Shown: in pieces, positions 26,859-39,528 of the stretch | Position numbering within the stretch: the stretch's first letter is position 1 | How the letters are laid out: each line of letters starts with the position of its first letter | Assembly (NCBI GenBank): GCA_002269645.1 | Contig: NIVC01000910.1 | Span: 198,944-262,943 of the forward strand | Reading direction: 5' to 3' | Source: Macrostomum lignano | Taxonomy: Eukaryota | Length of the DNA: 64,000 bases | Program-made: the position numbers and the translations under genes | Notes under the pieces: model-generated | What the model was told of the DNA's origin: nothing | Seen by the model: the letters and a program-made list of their open reading frames with translations, nothing else | The model's database searches: none

Positions 26859-28868
26859 TAGTCTCTAAATTCGTTCTTGTCTGTCGAATAATTCCTTTGT
26901 ATAATATTTTAAAATGACAGCGCCACGGCTCTCTTATTGGTCCGCGCGCTCCAAGCCACGAATCCGAGTTCCGCCAACCGCCAGCCCGATCGGCCATGGA
27001 TTTCTAGAGCAAAATAAGCATCTGGAATGGAAACTGTCAATAGAAATTCAGGTTAAATTTTTGTAAGTTTGCAACATAACTAGGCTTTTCGTTAGCTCCT
27101 CGCCATCTACTCCCTTTCTATCCCTCATCTAATCTACTGGCGCTCCTTTCTATTCCCCATCTAATCTACTGGCGCTCCCTTTCTATCCCTCATCTAATCT
27201 ACTGTCGCTCCCTTTCTATCTCTCATCTAATCTACTGGCGCTCCCTTTCTATTCCCCATCTAATCTACTGGCGCTCCCTTTCTATCCCTCATCTAATCTA
27301 CTGGCGCTCCCTTTCTATCCCTCATCTAATCTACTGGCGCTCCCTTTCTATCCCTCATCTAATCTACTGGCGCTCCCTTTCTATCCCTCATCTAATCTAC
27401 TGGCGCTCCCTTTCTATTCCCCATCTAATCTACTGGCGCTCCCTTTCTATCCCTCATCTAATCTACTGGCGCTCCCTTTCTATCCCTCATCTAATCTACT
27501 GGCGCTCCCTTTCTATCTCTCATCTAATCTACTGGCGCTCCCTTTCTATCTCTCATCTAATCTACTGGCGCTCCCTTTCTATCCCTCATCTAATCTACTG
27601 GCGCTCCCTTTCTATTCCCCATCTAATCTACTGGCGCTCCCTTTCTATCCCTCATCTAATCTACTGTCGCTCCCTTTCTATCTCTCATCTAATCTACTGG
27701 CGCTCCCTTTCTATTCCCCATCTAATCTACTGGCGCTCCCTTTCTATCCCTCATCTAATCTACTGGCGCTCCCTTTCTATCCCTCATCTAATCTACTGGC
27801 GCTCCCTTTCTATCCCTCATCTAATCTACTGGCGCTCCCTTTCTATCCCTCATCTAATCTACTGGCGCTCCCTTTCTATTCCCCATCTAATCTACTGGCG
27901 CTCCCTTTCTATCCCTCATCTAATCTACTGGCGCTCCCTTTCTATCCCTCATCTAATCTACTGGCGCTCCCTTTCTATCTCTCATCTAATCTACTGGCGC
28001 TCCCTTTCTATCTCTCATCTAATCTACTGGCGCTCCCTTTCTATCCCTCATCTAATCTACTGGCGCTCCCTTTCTATTCCCCATCTAATCTACTGGCGCT
28101 CCCTTTCTATCCCTCATCTAATCTACTGTCGCTCCCTTTCTATCCCTCATCTAATCTACTGGCGCTCCCTTTCTATTCCCCATCTAATCTACTGGCGCTC
28201 CCTTTCTATCCCTCATCTAATCTACTGGCGCTCCCTTTCTATCCCTCATCTAATCTACTGGCGCTCCCTTTCTATTCCCCATCTAATCTACTGGCGCTCC
28301 CTTTCTATCCCTCATCTAATCTACTGGCGCTCCCTTTCTATCACTCATCTAATCTACTGGCGCTCCCTTTCTATCCCTCATCTAATCTACTGTCGCTCCC
28401 TTTCTATCCCTCATCTAATCTACTGGCGCTCCCTTTCTATTCCCCATCTAATCTACTGGCGCTCCCTTTCTATTCCCCATCTAATCTACTGGCGCTCCCT
28501 TTCTATCCCTCATCTAATCTACTGGCGCTCCCTTTCTATTCCTCATCTAATCTACTGTCGCTCCCTTTCTATCCCTCATCTAATCTACTGGCGCTCCCTT
28601 TCTATCCCTCATCTAATCTACTGGCGCTCCCTTTCTATTCCTCATCTAATCTACTGTCGCTCCCTTTCTATCCCTCATCTAATCTACTGGCGCTCCCTTT
28701 CTATCTCTCATCTAATCTACTGGCGCTCCCTTTCTATCCCTCATCTAATCTACTGTCGCTCCCTTTCTATCCCTCATCTAATCTACTGGCGCTCCCTTTC
28801 TATTCCCCATCTAATCTACTGGCGCTCCCTTTCTATCCCTCATCTAATCTACTGGCGCTCCCTTTCTA

Positions 28869-30178
28869 CGAGGGTCACTCAGAAAGTTCTTAGCCTGAAC
28901 AAGAAAACAGCAACAAATGAACTAAAAAACGACTACAAGTGCTCAAAATACTCTCCACCGGCATTGATACAGGCTTGCATCCTGTGAAACCAGCTGTCGA
29001 AGCAATGCCGCCAATCCTCATCCCGGAGCTCCTCGATGATGTTTTTGAACTCATTTACAGCTTCTTCCGGTGAAGAAAAAACCTGGCCCTTCAGAATCTC
29101 CTTGCACTTCGGAAACAGAAAAAAGTCGCACGGTGCCAGGTCTGGACTGTAAGCAGGGTGAGTCATCAGCTGGACCCCACAGTCAGCCAGAAACTCCAGA
29201 GTTTGAGCCGCCGTGTGCGCGCTGGCGTTGTCGTGGTGCAGAAGCACCCCACGCATTCCGCACCTTGGGCGCCTCTGGCTCACAGCAGAAAAGACCTTGG
29301 GCAGGCAAACCGTTGTGTACCAGTCAGCGGTGACTGTCTGGCGATCTTCAAGTGAAACGGAAGCCACATGCCCAGTGCGCATGAAGAAACAGGCCACCAT
29401 CTGCTTGCCGACACTCCGGCTGCGTCGAAACTTTGTGGGGCTGTCCTCGTCTCCAAAGGTCCACATGGCTGACTGGCGCTTGCTTTCGGGGTCGTATTGA
29501 TAAATCCAGGTCTCATCGCCCGTGAGGATGTCCCAGATACGCCGGCTGGTCCCGGATTCGAATTTCTGCAGCATGAATCGGCACCAAGCCACCCTGGTGT
29601 CCTTCTGCACGTCCGACAGCTGATGGGGGATCCACCGGGAAGCCAGCTTCCGCACTCCAAGGTGTTCGTGCATAATGGCGTGCACACTCCCCGATCCAAT
29701 ACCGATCTCCTGCTGGATCTGCTGGTAGGTCACTCGCCGGTCAGCGGCAATCATGCTGGACACAGCGCAGATATTTTCTGGAGTCACTGCGTCACAGGGT
29801 CTCCCGGATCGATGTTCATCTTCGAGGCTTTCTCGACCTCGGCGAAACTCAGCGAACCAGTTTTTGACGGTTGCGTATGAAGGACATACATGGGTGAAAA
29901 CGTTCTGTAAAGTTTGATACGATTCGGCCGAAGACTTGCCTTGCTTGAAGTGCAAGTAAATCATTGCTCTGAAGTCGCGATTTTCCAGCTTCATTGTTGA
30001 ATTGAAGAACTCAGGGGGTGAACTGACTTTAACTCGCTGCAGTGGACTCAAAAGTGGCTGCTTCTGTTTGAAATTTTTGCTGCGATACTTTTAAAAGTTG
30101 GTCTTTACCATAGACAAATTTCATGCTTCTACGTCTCGTGGATCCTACTCAGGCTAAAGACTTTCTGAGTGACCCTCG
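28869..30178 (-). mobile_element. Full-length mariner (Tc1/mariner, DD34D) transposon, 1310 bp
   Basis: About 30-bp TIRs starting CGAGGGTCACTCAGAAAGT, with two mismatches further in. TA is duplicated at 28867-68 and 30179-80. The pre-insertion site ctttcTAttcccc equals one array unit. Confidence 0.97.
28933..29994 (-). CDS. Intact mariner transposase, 353 aa from ATG 29994
   Basis: HTH N-terminus, WIPHQL, TGDETW, LHHDNA and YSPDLAPCDF motifs; no internal stops. Confidence 0.95.
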   Translation of the reverse strand: MKLENRDFRAMIYLHFKQGKSSAESYQTLQNVFTHVCPSYATVKNWFAEFRRGRESLEDEHRSGRPCDAVTPENICAVSSMIAADRRVTYQQIQQEIGIGSGSVHAIMHEHLGVRKLASRWIPHQLSDVQKDTRVAWCRFMLQKFESGTSRRIWDILTGDETWIYQYDPESKRQSAMWTFGDEDSPTKFRRSRSVGKQMVACFFMRTGHVASVSLEDRQTVTADWYTTVCLPKVFSAVSQRRPRCGMRGVLLHHDNASAHTAAQTLEFLADCGVQLMTHPAYSPDLAPCDFFLFPKCKEILKGQVFSSPEEAVNEFKNIIEELRDEDWRHCFDSWFHRMQACINAGGEYFEHL

Positions 30179-31009
30179 TATTCCCCATCTAATCTACTGG
30201 CGCTCCCTTTCTATCTCTCATCTAATCTACTGGCGCTCCCTTTCTATTCCCCATCTAATCTACCGGGGCCCTCTTTCTAGCTGCACCTAATCTACTGACG
30301 CAGGCCCTATCTAGAACCACTTTCCTACAGTTTCTGGTAGTTTACTATTCATGCCCAGCAACAGTCAGGCTAACATAACACAAATTTAAAAGCCAATACA
30401 CCGGCAATTGCCAAAAGTTTGTCAAATTCAAAGCAAACAGCTTGACCTAAAAATGCTTCTCATAATTGCATTGTTGTGTTGCCAAACTATTGGCATGTTT
30501 TTAAAACTATTAAAATAAGCGGCGGAACTGAGGGGTGGGGGGTTGAAAATCATCTGCAGCCATGCGGGCGGGTTTATCTGTCTATCCGTGCGAGAAAAGC
30601 CCCCAAGAGCCGGAGCGAAATGCAAGCAAAAAAGCAGCAGACAGACAGGCAGACAGGCAGACGAAGGGCGGAGCGACGGCGGCGTCCCGTCCTACATCGG
30701 AGGCGTCCCAATGACGCCAGAGAGCAAAATTTCTTGTCGGAAAAAAACAGCAGAAGAAGTAGCAGAAGAAGATTCGAAGCCATCCGGTGCAAACGGAACA
30801 GCGCACCCGATCGATGGGCGCAACAAAGGCCATCGGCTAGGACTGGACAGAAATGTTGAGATAGAATGAGTTACAGTTTTCATTCATCGCCAAATGCTCA
30901 GCGTCTTCTGAACTGCCAAACAATCACTAGGAAAATAACTGACTTTTCGATAAGTAAATTTAAGTAATGAAACTCAGCCTAGCCTAGAATTATTGAACCC
31001 CAAACTGTA

Positions 31010-31470
31010 ATTCTCTCCCCACACTCTACCCCACTGTCTACCCTACCCTCTCTCCACACTCTACCACTGTTTACCCTACCCTCTCCCCACACTCTACCCC
31101 ACAGTCTACCCTACCCTCTCCCCACACTCTACCCCACAGTCTACCCCACCCTCTCCCCACACTCCCCCACTGTCTACCCCACCCTCTCCCCACACTCCCC
31201 CACTGTCTACCCCACCCTCTCCCCACCCTCTCCCCCCACTGTCTACCCTACAACTTTCTCCACACTCTTTCCCACTGTCTACTCTAAACTTTCCCCACAC
31301 TCTCCCCAACTATCTACCCTAAAACTCTCGCCGCACTTTTTCACTATCTACTCTACACTCTCCTACTCTCCCTCATCTCTCCCTCATCGTCTATCTCACA
31401 TTCTTTCCGCCCTCTTCCTCACTCTACTCACCAGTCTCCTCATACTCTCCTTACTGTCTACTCCACTATC
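31010..31470. repeat. Degenerate C-rich tandem repeat (G-rich on the minus strand)
   Basis: Repeats of ctctccccacactctaccccactgtctaccctacc and variants. Confidence 0.85.
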
Positions 31471-32204
31471 TACCCTACAGTTCTAAAGTGAAGGCACCAT
31501 TGTAATTTTTTTAAATCTATTAGAATATCGTTCAGAGCATTAGAAAGTCCTGCCCCGAAAGTCAATAAAATCTTGGCGGTCTTCATCAAAACTGACGAAT
31601 TCCAGACAACTCCACGTATCCTTTATTCTGTACAAAATCGCTGCCAGAAGCAAGTAAACATTTTTTCTTGTGCTCCTCCTTCTAGGAGAGGAAAGGGGAG
31701 AAGAATGGAGAGGAATTACACCAGCGTCAGATCAATGTCAAATTTTCCCTTACACCGAAAGAAGCAACCCCCTTGCTGCTGCTGCCGCCGCTGATTGCAA
31801 TCAAGCAGGTACAGGGATGCAAGCGGCTTCAGGTGGGCTGGCGCGTGCGCCACAAGCAGAATTGCTGAAGCAGTTTCTGCCAGCCAGCGCTTTTAAAAGC
31901 TACAGGCAATGCAACTGTGTTCTCCGCTCCAGCCTCCTTGTTATGCCACTCTTCTGCAGATTCTTATCGCAAGTGAAAGCTTAGCCAACGGGAAGGGGTT
32001 CTCTATAAGAAACAAAGACTTGCATGCAGAAATACCTTACAATCTTGATCGTCCATTTATGCGTGATCTTAAGCATTTTGATGGGCCAGCTCTGCGGATC
32101 CTAACAGAGTCACATTTTACATGAATACATGGCTTGCCTTGGTCATTAGAGAACCCTGACTGAAGTCTTAAAATCATTAATGACCATCTAAGCATCCTAG
32201 ATGG

Positions 32205-33112
32205 CATCAATCTCATCCTAAATGGCACCAATCTCATTCTAAATGGCACCAATCTCATTCTAAATGGCACCAATCTCATCCTAAATGGCACCATTCTCAC
32301 CCTAAATGGCACCAATCTCATCCTAAATGGCACCAATCTCATCCTAAATGGCACCAATCTCACCCTAAATGACATCAATCTCATTCTAAATGGCATCGAT
32401 CTCGCCCAAAATGGCATCAATCTCATCCTAAATGGCACCAATCATTCTAAATGGCACCAATCTCACCCTAAATGGCACCAATCTCACCCTAAATGGCACC
32501 AATCTCATTCAAAATGGCATCAATCTCATCCTAAATGGCATCAATCTCATCCTAAATGGCATCAATCTCATCCTAAATGGCATCAATCTCATCCTAATCA
32601 ATCTCATCTTATCTCATCTCATCCTATCTCAGTCTAAATGGCACCAATCTCATTCTAAATGGCACCAATCTCATCCTAAATGGCACCAATCTCATCCTAA
32701 ATGGCACCAATCTCATCCTAAATGGCACCAATCTCATCCTAAATGGCACCAATCTCATCCTAAATGGCACCAATCTCATCCTAAATGGCCCCACTCTCAT
32801 CCTAAATGGCACCAATCTCATCCTAAATGGCATCAATTTCGCCCTAAATGGCACGAATCTCATTCTAAATGGCACCAATCTCATTCTAAATGGCACCAAT
32901 CTCATCCTAAATGGCACAAATCTGATTCTAAATGGCACCAATCTCATCCTAAATGGCACAAATCTCATTCTAAATGGCACAAATCTGATTCTAAATGGCA
33001 TCAATCTCATCCTAAATGGCACCAATCTCATCCTAAATGGCATCAATTTCGCCCTAAATGGCACCAATCTCATCCTAAATGGCACCAATCTCATTCTAAA
33101 TGGCACCAATCG
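32205..33112. repeat. 21-bp minisatellite, about 40 copies
   Basis: Unit aatctcatcctaaatggcacc. Confidence 0.96.
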
Positions 33113-34335
33113 TAAATGGGAACACTCCAACTCTTGGCTTCGGTTAATTACGCAGATAAGCACCTGTTTTTTTAATTTTCCTATTCACAAAATGACCCAG
33201 CTGTCCCCCCCTATAACATGGTGGAGAGAATATAAAAATAGTAAATCAAAGTCAATTGCATCATCACAGTATCGCATATCAGTGAATATTAGCTCATAAT
33301 TTATGCGAGTCTGTATAGCTGTTCAACCCCCCCATGTGCGCACCGAAGCATGGTCCCCAAGTAATTGACAAGTTTATACACATTCTCATTGCAATAACAA
33401 TTGCGTCATTGTCTGTGCGTTCGTCTATTTTTTGGGAAATTGCGTCGGTGAAAAAACCCCCAAAAAATCCACAACACAGTCTATCCCTTGGGGATACAAG
33501 GCCGCGAGGTCACATACTGGGAGAAAAATCCCCTTTATACTGGGGGATTGATTTTTTGGGATATACTCGTAGGCGAATACCGTAGGCCTCTCTAACTTGT
33601 CGCAAAACAACAACCGAACGAGAATGGAATGGAACCGATCATCTTTCACCCCGCTCCCCCCAAGGAGGATAACAGAAAACACTTAATGATGCTTGTAATT
33701 TGCTTTAGACCCTGTCTGCGCCAACCCCCCTGGACTAACCCTGGAGGCATTTTCGGAACAATTGCAGCCATCTGGGGATCTTCCAGTCCGCGGCAGTCTG
33801 CAACGCCAAGGGACCCTAAAGCCCCACTTTGCCGTGGCCGCTGCCCCCTCACTCCGTGTGGCTCTCCTCCTTCTATCATCTATCCGCAAAAAAAACGTTT
33901 CCCGTCGGTCGTTTTCGTTTCGTCGCCCAAGTCTTCCATCTCTCTTCTCTCTCTCTCTCCACCCTCTTTCTCGGTGTCTTCTCTCGGTATTTTTACAGCA
34001 GCCGGTCCCAGCGCCGCTCCCTAGTTAGACTGGGGGGCGCCGCCTGTCAGAACCTGTTAGTGCCGGCGGGCCCTGACATGCTGCGACTCCCCGGCCCGAT
34101 GCGGCACTGCGGTGATGCAGCAGAGCTACTCCCGTCTGGCTCCCCGCCAGCCTCTCTCCGACCCCCCGCCTCTCCGCTCCCAATAGCTAGGGGATTTCTT
34201 TGTTCGAATATTCTTTCCCCCGGAGTTGCCGAACGATGGATTGCGGGGCCGGGAACTGTAGCGTGGGAAACTCTGCCAACCGGAGGGTCGGGACATTCTG
34301 CTGCTCCCAGTTTAGATTGAGCGAGGCGGGCCGAC

Positions 34336-34762
34336 CCAGGATCTGGGAGGCTGTCCAAGCAACTGAGGATCTGGGAGGCTGGCCCAGCAACTGAGGATCT
34401 GGGAGGCTGTCCAAGCAACTGAGGATCTGGGAGGCTGTCCAAGCAACTGAGGATCTGGGAGGCTGTCCAAGCAACTGAGGATCTGGGAGGCTGTCCAAGC
34501 AACTGAGGATCTGGGAGGCTGTCCCAGCAACTGAGGACCTGGGAGGCTGTCCCAGTAACTGAGGATCTGGAAGGCTGTCCCAGCAACTGAGGATCTGGGA
34601 GGCTGGCCCAGCAACTGAGGATCTGGGAGGCTGGCCCAGCAACTGAGGATCTGGGAGGCTGGCCCAGCAACTGAGGATCTGGGAGGGTGGATCAGGACCT
34701 GAAGATCTGAGAGAGTGGACCAGCAACTGAGGATTTGGGAGACTGGCCCAGCAGCTGAGCAT
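34336..34762 (-). repeat. 28-bp family A array, inverted
   Basis: caactgaggatctgggaggctg(g/t)cc(c/a)ag units. Confidence 0.95.
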
Positions 34763-35050
34763 GTGGGAGGGTGGCGGCGGCCCTGTCTGCATTCGAAGCG
34801 GGTCCATGGAAAATGGTTAAAGCAGCAGAACACCGCAAATAACGTCACGCCTGGCTTCTTATCTTCAAGCAATAGGGGAATGCTCAACTGCTGGGCTATT
34901 TTTGAAGCAAAAAGCTATCTTTCCCTAAGCGGAAGCGAAAAGTGATCAGAGCTGATTCAACCAACTGTCTATGGCCCAAGTCAAACAAGGCTCCCATTAA
35001 GCCGCAACCAAGAAGCACGCCATCAGAGGTGGCGGAATCGAAGCGCAGGA

Positions 35051-35371
35051 ATGTGCAGTGACGGCGAATGCCTTCGCCGAGTCATCAAAGTCAGCCTGCT
35101 GCTGTTCAGCCTCTCTCTCGCCGGCATGGGCTCTGGCGGCCTGGCCCTGGGTGCCGGCCTTCAGTTCGCCAAGAAGGACACCCTGCGGATGGCCTTCCAG
35201 TACAGCGGCGTCACCGGCAGCACCAGGGCGCATATCAGAGCCGCCGCCGACATCGTCAGCTTGGTGTCGACGGCCTCCATTGTCTTCTGCGCCGTTGGCA
35301 GTGTCGGTGTGGCAATGGGCGGCCTCGGCTGCATCAGCGCCTGCTACGAGAAGACCCGAATGCTGCGGCTG
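35051..35371 (+). CDS. Tetraspanin, exon 1 (TM1, EC1, TM2)
   Basis: ATG 35051. Two hydrophobic segments and the LGCISACYEK motif (tetraspanin GCxGAxxE loop). Donor CTG|gtgagc. Confidence 0.85.
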
Positions 35372-35392
35372 GTGAGCGACCCAGCGATTTGG

Positions 35393-35846
35393 GTCACCTC
35401 ACTGATCCGTCACCTCACTGATCCGTCACCTCACTGATCCGTCACCTCACTGATCCGTCACCTCACTGATCCGTCACCTCACTGATCCGTCACCTCACTG
35501 ATCCGTCACCTCACTGATCCGTCACCTCACTGATCCGTCACCTCACTGATCCGTCACCTCACTGATCCGTCACCTCACTGATCCGTCACCTCACTGATCC
35601 GTCACCTCACTGATCCGTCACCTCACTGATCCGTCACCTCACTGATCCGTCACCTCACTGATCCGTCACCTCACTGATCCGTCACCTCACTTATCCGTCA
35701 CCAACCCGATCGTTACCTTACTGATCCGTCACCGTACCACCGATCCGTCACCTCACTGATCCGTCACCTCACTGATCCGTCACCTCACTGATCTGTCACC
35801 TCACTAATCCGTCACCTCACTGATCCGTCACCTCACCGATCCGTCA
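35393..35846. repeat. 16-bp minisatellite filling tetraspanin intron 1
   Basis: Unit cacctcactgatccgt, about 28 copies. Confidence 0.97.
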
Positions 35847-35962
35847 GCGCCCACAGCCTCCCCCTAACAAGCTAAAAATGGCTTTAATTTGAAATTACAT
35901 TTCCCCAATTAATTATGCAAGCAACTCACCATTCTAGCATCCTTGCCTCCCAATCCTTCCAG

Positions 35963-36190
35963 TACGCAATACTGCTCAGCGCAATTTTACTCCTGCACGT
36001 GGGTCTCCTGCTGGCTTTGATTCTACTAGTATTCAAGGAGAGCTCGATAAACCTGATTCGCAATGAACTACTTCAAATGCAGAACAAATACTACTTGCCA
36101 GTAGTGCCTACTACAGACTCTAAAAATAATAGGAAAAGTTACAAAGAAAAAGTGAGCGCCACTCGCATCATTAACAGTATTCAAGTCTGG
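35963..36190 (+). CDS. Tetraspanin, exon 2 (TM3 and start of EC2)
   Basis: Acceptor ccttccag|TAC. YAILLSAILLLHVGLLLALILLVF...IINSIQVW. Donor TGG|gtaagt. Confidence 0.85.
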
Positions 36191-36786
36191 GTAAGTTCCA
36201 CAAATGTTTTTATGCATTTGCGCAACAGGCTACTGGCAAAAGCAATAAATCTCGGGTCTATAATGCGTCGTTTAAAGCCAAAAGTAGAATTTACACACAA
36301 ATAGGTAAGTTTCTCTCGCAGGATATAAGAATCAATATTCGCCGGAAGCCTGTGAGCATCCTGTCGCAAAACCTCGGCGACATCGCCTCAAAACCAGCGC
36401 TGACGGTAGTTCTGCCCATCCCGCTGAGTCCTGAGCACATGCAAGCGCGCCAATACTGTACACAGGCACGCACTCATACACAGCTCACACAGGGTGTACA
36501 TTTACAGCGGTCCTGACTTTCTAATCGACAAGCATGTACACTCTCTGTGCCTTGAGGGATTGGCCCTCATGTATGTGAATCGCACGACAACCCACCGGCC
36601 AATTTTACGAAATCGAACCAGAGGTCTGTGGCGAGAGACTCAAATGCGCTTACCGCTGAACTGCTCTGCTCCCTTGAGATAGGAAGATGATCAGATGCAG
36701 TCAGTTTGTTTGAGGGGGGGGGTTGGGGGGGGCAAAGCCAAGAATTCTACATGTACATGTACATTATTTTAAGAATTGGTGTTGTC

Positions 36787-38198
36787 AGCGCTCATTTTAG
36801 CGCCACAGGCACTCATTTTAGCGCAACAGTCACTCATTTTAGCGCCACAGTCACTCATTTTAGCGCCACAGTCACTCATTTTAGCACCACAGGCACTCAT
36901 TTTAGCGCCACAGTCACTCACTCATTTTAGCACCACAGTCACTCATTTTAGCGCCACAGTCACTCATTTTAGCACCACAGTCACTCATTTTAGCGCCACA
37001 GGCACTCATTTTAGCGCCACAGGCACTCATTTTGGCGCCGCAGGCACTCATTTTAGCACCACAGTCACTCATTTTAGCGCCGAAGGCACTCATTTTGGCG
37101 CCGCAGGCACTCATTTTGGCGCCGCAGGCACTCATTTTGGCGCCGCAGGCACTCATTTTAGCACCACAGGCACTCATTTTAGCGCAGCAGGCACTCATTT
37201 TAGCGCCGAAGGCACTCATTTTGGCGCCGCAGGCACTCATTTTAGCACCACAGGCACTCATTTTAGCGCCGCAGGCACTCATTTTAGCGCCGCAGGCACT
37301 CATTTTGGCGCCGCAGGCACTCATTTTGGCGCCGCAGGCACTCATTTTAGCACCACAGGCACTCATTTTAGCGCCGCAGGCACCCATTTTAGCGCCGAAG
37401 GCACTCATTTTGGCGCCGCAGGCACTCATTTTAGCGCCGAAGGCACTCATTTTAGCGCCGCAGGCACTCATTTTAGCGCCGAAGGCACTCATTTTAGCGC
37501 CGCAGGCACTCATTTTAGCGCCGCAGGCACTCATTTTGGCACCGCAGGCACTCATTTTAGCGCCGTAGGCACTCATTTTAGCGCCGCAGGCACTCATTTT
37601 AGCGCCGCAGGCACTCATTTTAGCGCCGCAGGCACTCATTTTGGCGCCGCAGGCACTCATTTTAGCGCCGCAAGCACTCATTTTAGCGCCGAAGGCACTC
37701 ATTTTAGCGCCGCAGGCACTCATTTTAGCGCCGAAGGCACTCATTTTGGCGCCGCAGGCACTCATTTTAGCGCCGCAGGCACTCATTTTAGCGCCGCAGG
37801 CACTCATTTTAGCGCCGCAGGCACTCATTTTAGCGCCGAAGGCACTCATTTTAGCGCCGCAGGCACTCATTTTAGCGCCGCAGGCACTCATTTTGGCGCC
37901 GCAGGCACTCACTTTGGCGCCGCAGGCACTCATTTTGGCGCCGCAGACACTCATTTTGGCGCCACAAGCACTCATTTTGGCGCCGCATACACTTATTTTG
38001 GCGCCGCAAGCACTCATTTTGGCGCCACAAGCACTCATTTTGGCGCCGCAAGCACTCATTTTGGCGCCACAAGCACTCATGCATTTGAGCGCCACAGGCA
38101 CTCATTTTGGCGCCACAGGCACTCATTTTAGCGCCGCAGGCACTCATTTTAGCGCAGCAGGCACTCATTTTAGCGCCGCAGGCACTCATTTTGGCGCC
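36787..38198 (+). repeat. 21-bp minisatellite (family B), about 67 copies, preceded by a leader at 36729-36798
   Basis: Unit gcactcatttt(a/g)gcgccgcag. Confidence 0.97.
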
Positions 38199-38270
38199 AA
38201 TGTTTTATTGCAGTCGGTTCTGAGCCAGCTGTGACGTTGTTTCGTAACAACCCTCCTCTGACATCCGCAG

Positions 38271-38498
38271 TTCGGCTGTTGCGGCATCAAAAAAGTCGGC
38301 GACATCACCGGGAGCAACCGATGGAACGAATCGGACAGGATCTGGCAGGGCAAGCAGCTGGTCCGGCCGCCCACCTGCTGCCAGCTGGTCAACAGGCGGG
38401 TGCGGACCATCGTGCTGCGGCCCAAGTTCAACCAGAACGAGCGCCTGCACGAGTTCCTGCTGGAGCCCGACTGCCCGTTCGTAGCCGAATCGGCCGGG
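38271..38498 (+). CDS. Tetraspanin, exon 3 (EC2 with CCG); 3-prime boundary uncertain
   Basis: Acceptor catccgcag|TTC. FGCCGIKK...RPPTCCQ...EPDCPFVAESAG supplies the CCG and PxxCC hallmarks. Phase-0 donor GGG|gtgaac at 38499; alternative AAG|gc at 38511. Confidence 0.88.
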
Positions 38499-38689
38499 GT
38501 GAACAATAAGGCTGGTGACCTTCTTTATTATGCTGGCTTGGTAAAACAGAAGGTTAAGCTTGGGGGGGAGTACATGTAAGTCGATAAAGACAGAAGTAAG
38601 GTTGCACGCACGCAATTGTGCTGAGTGGCCCACCTTATAGTTACTAATACACGTACATGTATCTTTGTCGACACAGTTAGTCCACAGGC

Positions 38690-39290
38690 AGAGGGGGTGG
38701 CGGGCAGGCAACTGAAGAATCTCAGAGGGGGTGGCGGGCAGGCAACTGAAGAATCTCAGAGGGGGTGGCGGGCAGGCAACTGAAGAATCTCAGAGGGGGT
38801 GGCGGGCAGGCAACTGAAGAATCTCAGGATGGCGGGCAGGCAACTGAAGAATCTCAGAGGGGGTGGCGGGCAGACAACTTAAGAATCTCAGAGGGGGTGG
38901 CGGGCAGGCAACTGAAGAATCTCAGAGGGGGTGGCGGGCAGGCAACTGAAGAATCTCAGGATGGCGGGCAGACAACTGAAGACTCTCAGAGGGGGTGGCG
39001 GGCAGGCAACTGAAGACTCTCGGAGGGGGTAGCGGGCAGACAACTTAAGAATCTCAGAAGAGATGGCGGGGGGGGGCAACTGAAGAAGCTCAGAAGAGAT
39101 GGCGGGGAGGCAACTGAAGAATCTCAGAGGGGTTGGCGGGCAGGCAACTGAAGAATCTCAGAGGGGGTGGCGGGCAGACAACTGAAGACTCTCAGAGGGG
39201 GTGGCGGGCAGACAACTTAAAAATCTCAGAAGAGATGGCGGGGAGGCAACTGAAGAATCTCAGAGGGGGTGGCGGGGAGGCAACTGATGA
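38690..39290 (-). repeat. 34-bp minisatellite related to family A
   Basis: Unit gggcaggcaactgaagaatctcagagggggtggc; its reverse complement contains ctctgagattcttcagttgc. Confidence 0.9.
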
Positions 39291-39444
39291 AGAATCTTGG
39301 GTAGCGGGTAAGACAATTGAAAGATGGCAGAGGGGGTGGCGATGTCCAACAAAGGTAGATAGATACGCACAAGTTATTCAATCGTTTTTTGAAACAATTT
39401 TTATTTTAACATTAAATACGATTTCTCCGAAACCTCTTTTTCAG

Positions 39445-39528
39445 ACCTGTCCCGAAGCAGTGGTTAATTACCTGTCCAAATACGAAGTTGTTGGCCTAGT
39501 ACTGGCTGGCCTGCTGATTGGAATGCAG
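39445..39528 (+). CDS. Tetraspanin, exon 4
   Basis: Acceptor ctttttcag|ACC. TCPEAVVNYLSKYEVVGLVLAGLLIGMQ provides the last EC2 cysteine and start of TM4. Donor CAG|gtgagg. Confidence 0.85.

Larger units (their letters stand above)
27110..30285. repeat. 33-bp minisatellite (about 53 + 3 copies) split by the mariner insertion
   Basis: Unit ctcatctaatctactggcgctccctttctatcc. The array resumes in register after 30180. Confidence 0.96.

Noticed and set aside
30543-30869. GC-rich ORFs at 30.5-30.9 kb (also 31.7-32.0 and 34.05-34.33 kb) as genes
   Set aside because: No recognisable domain, no true ATG or consistent splice pattern; left unannotated.
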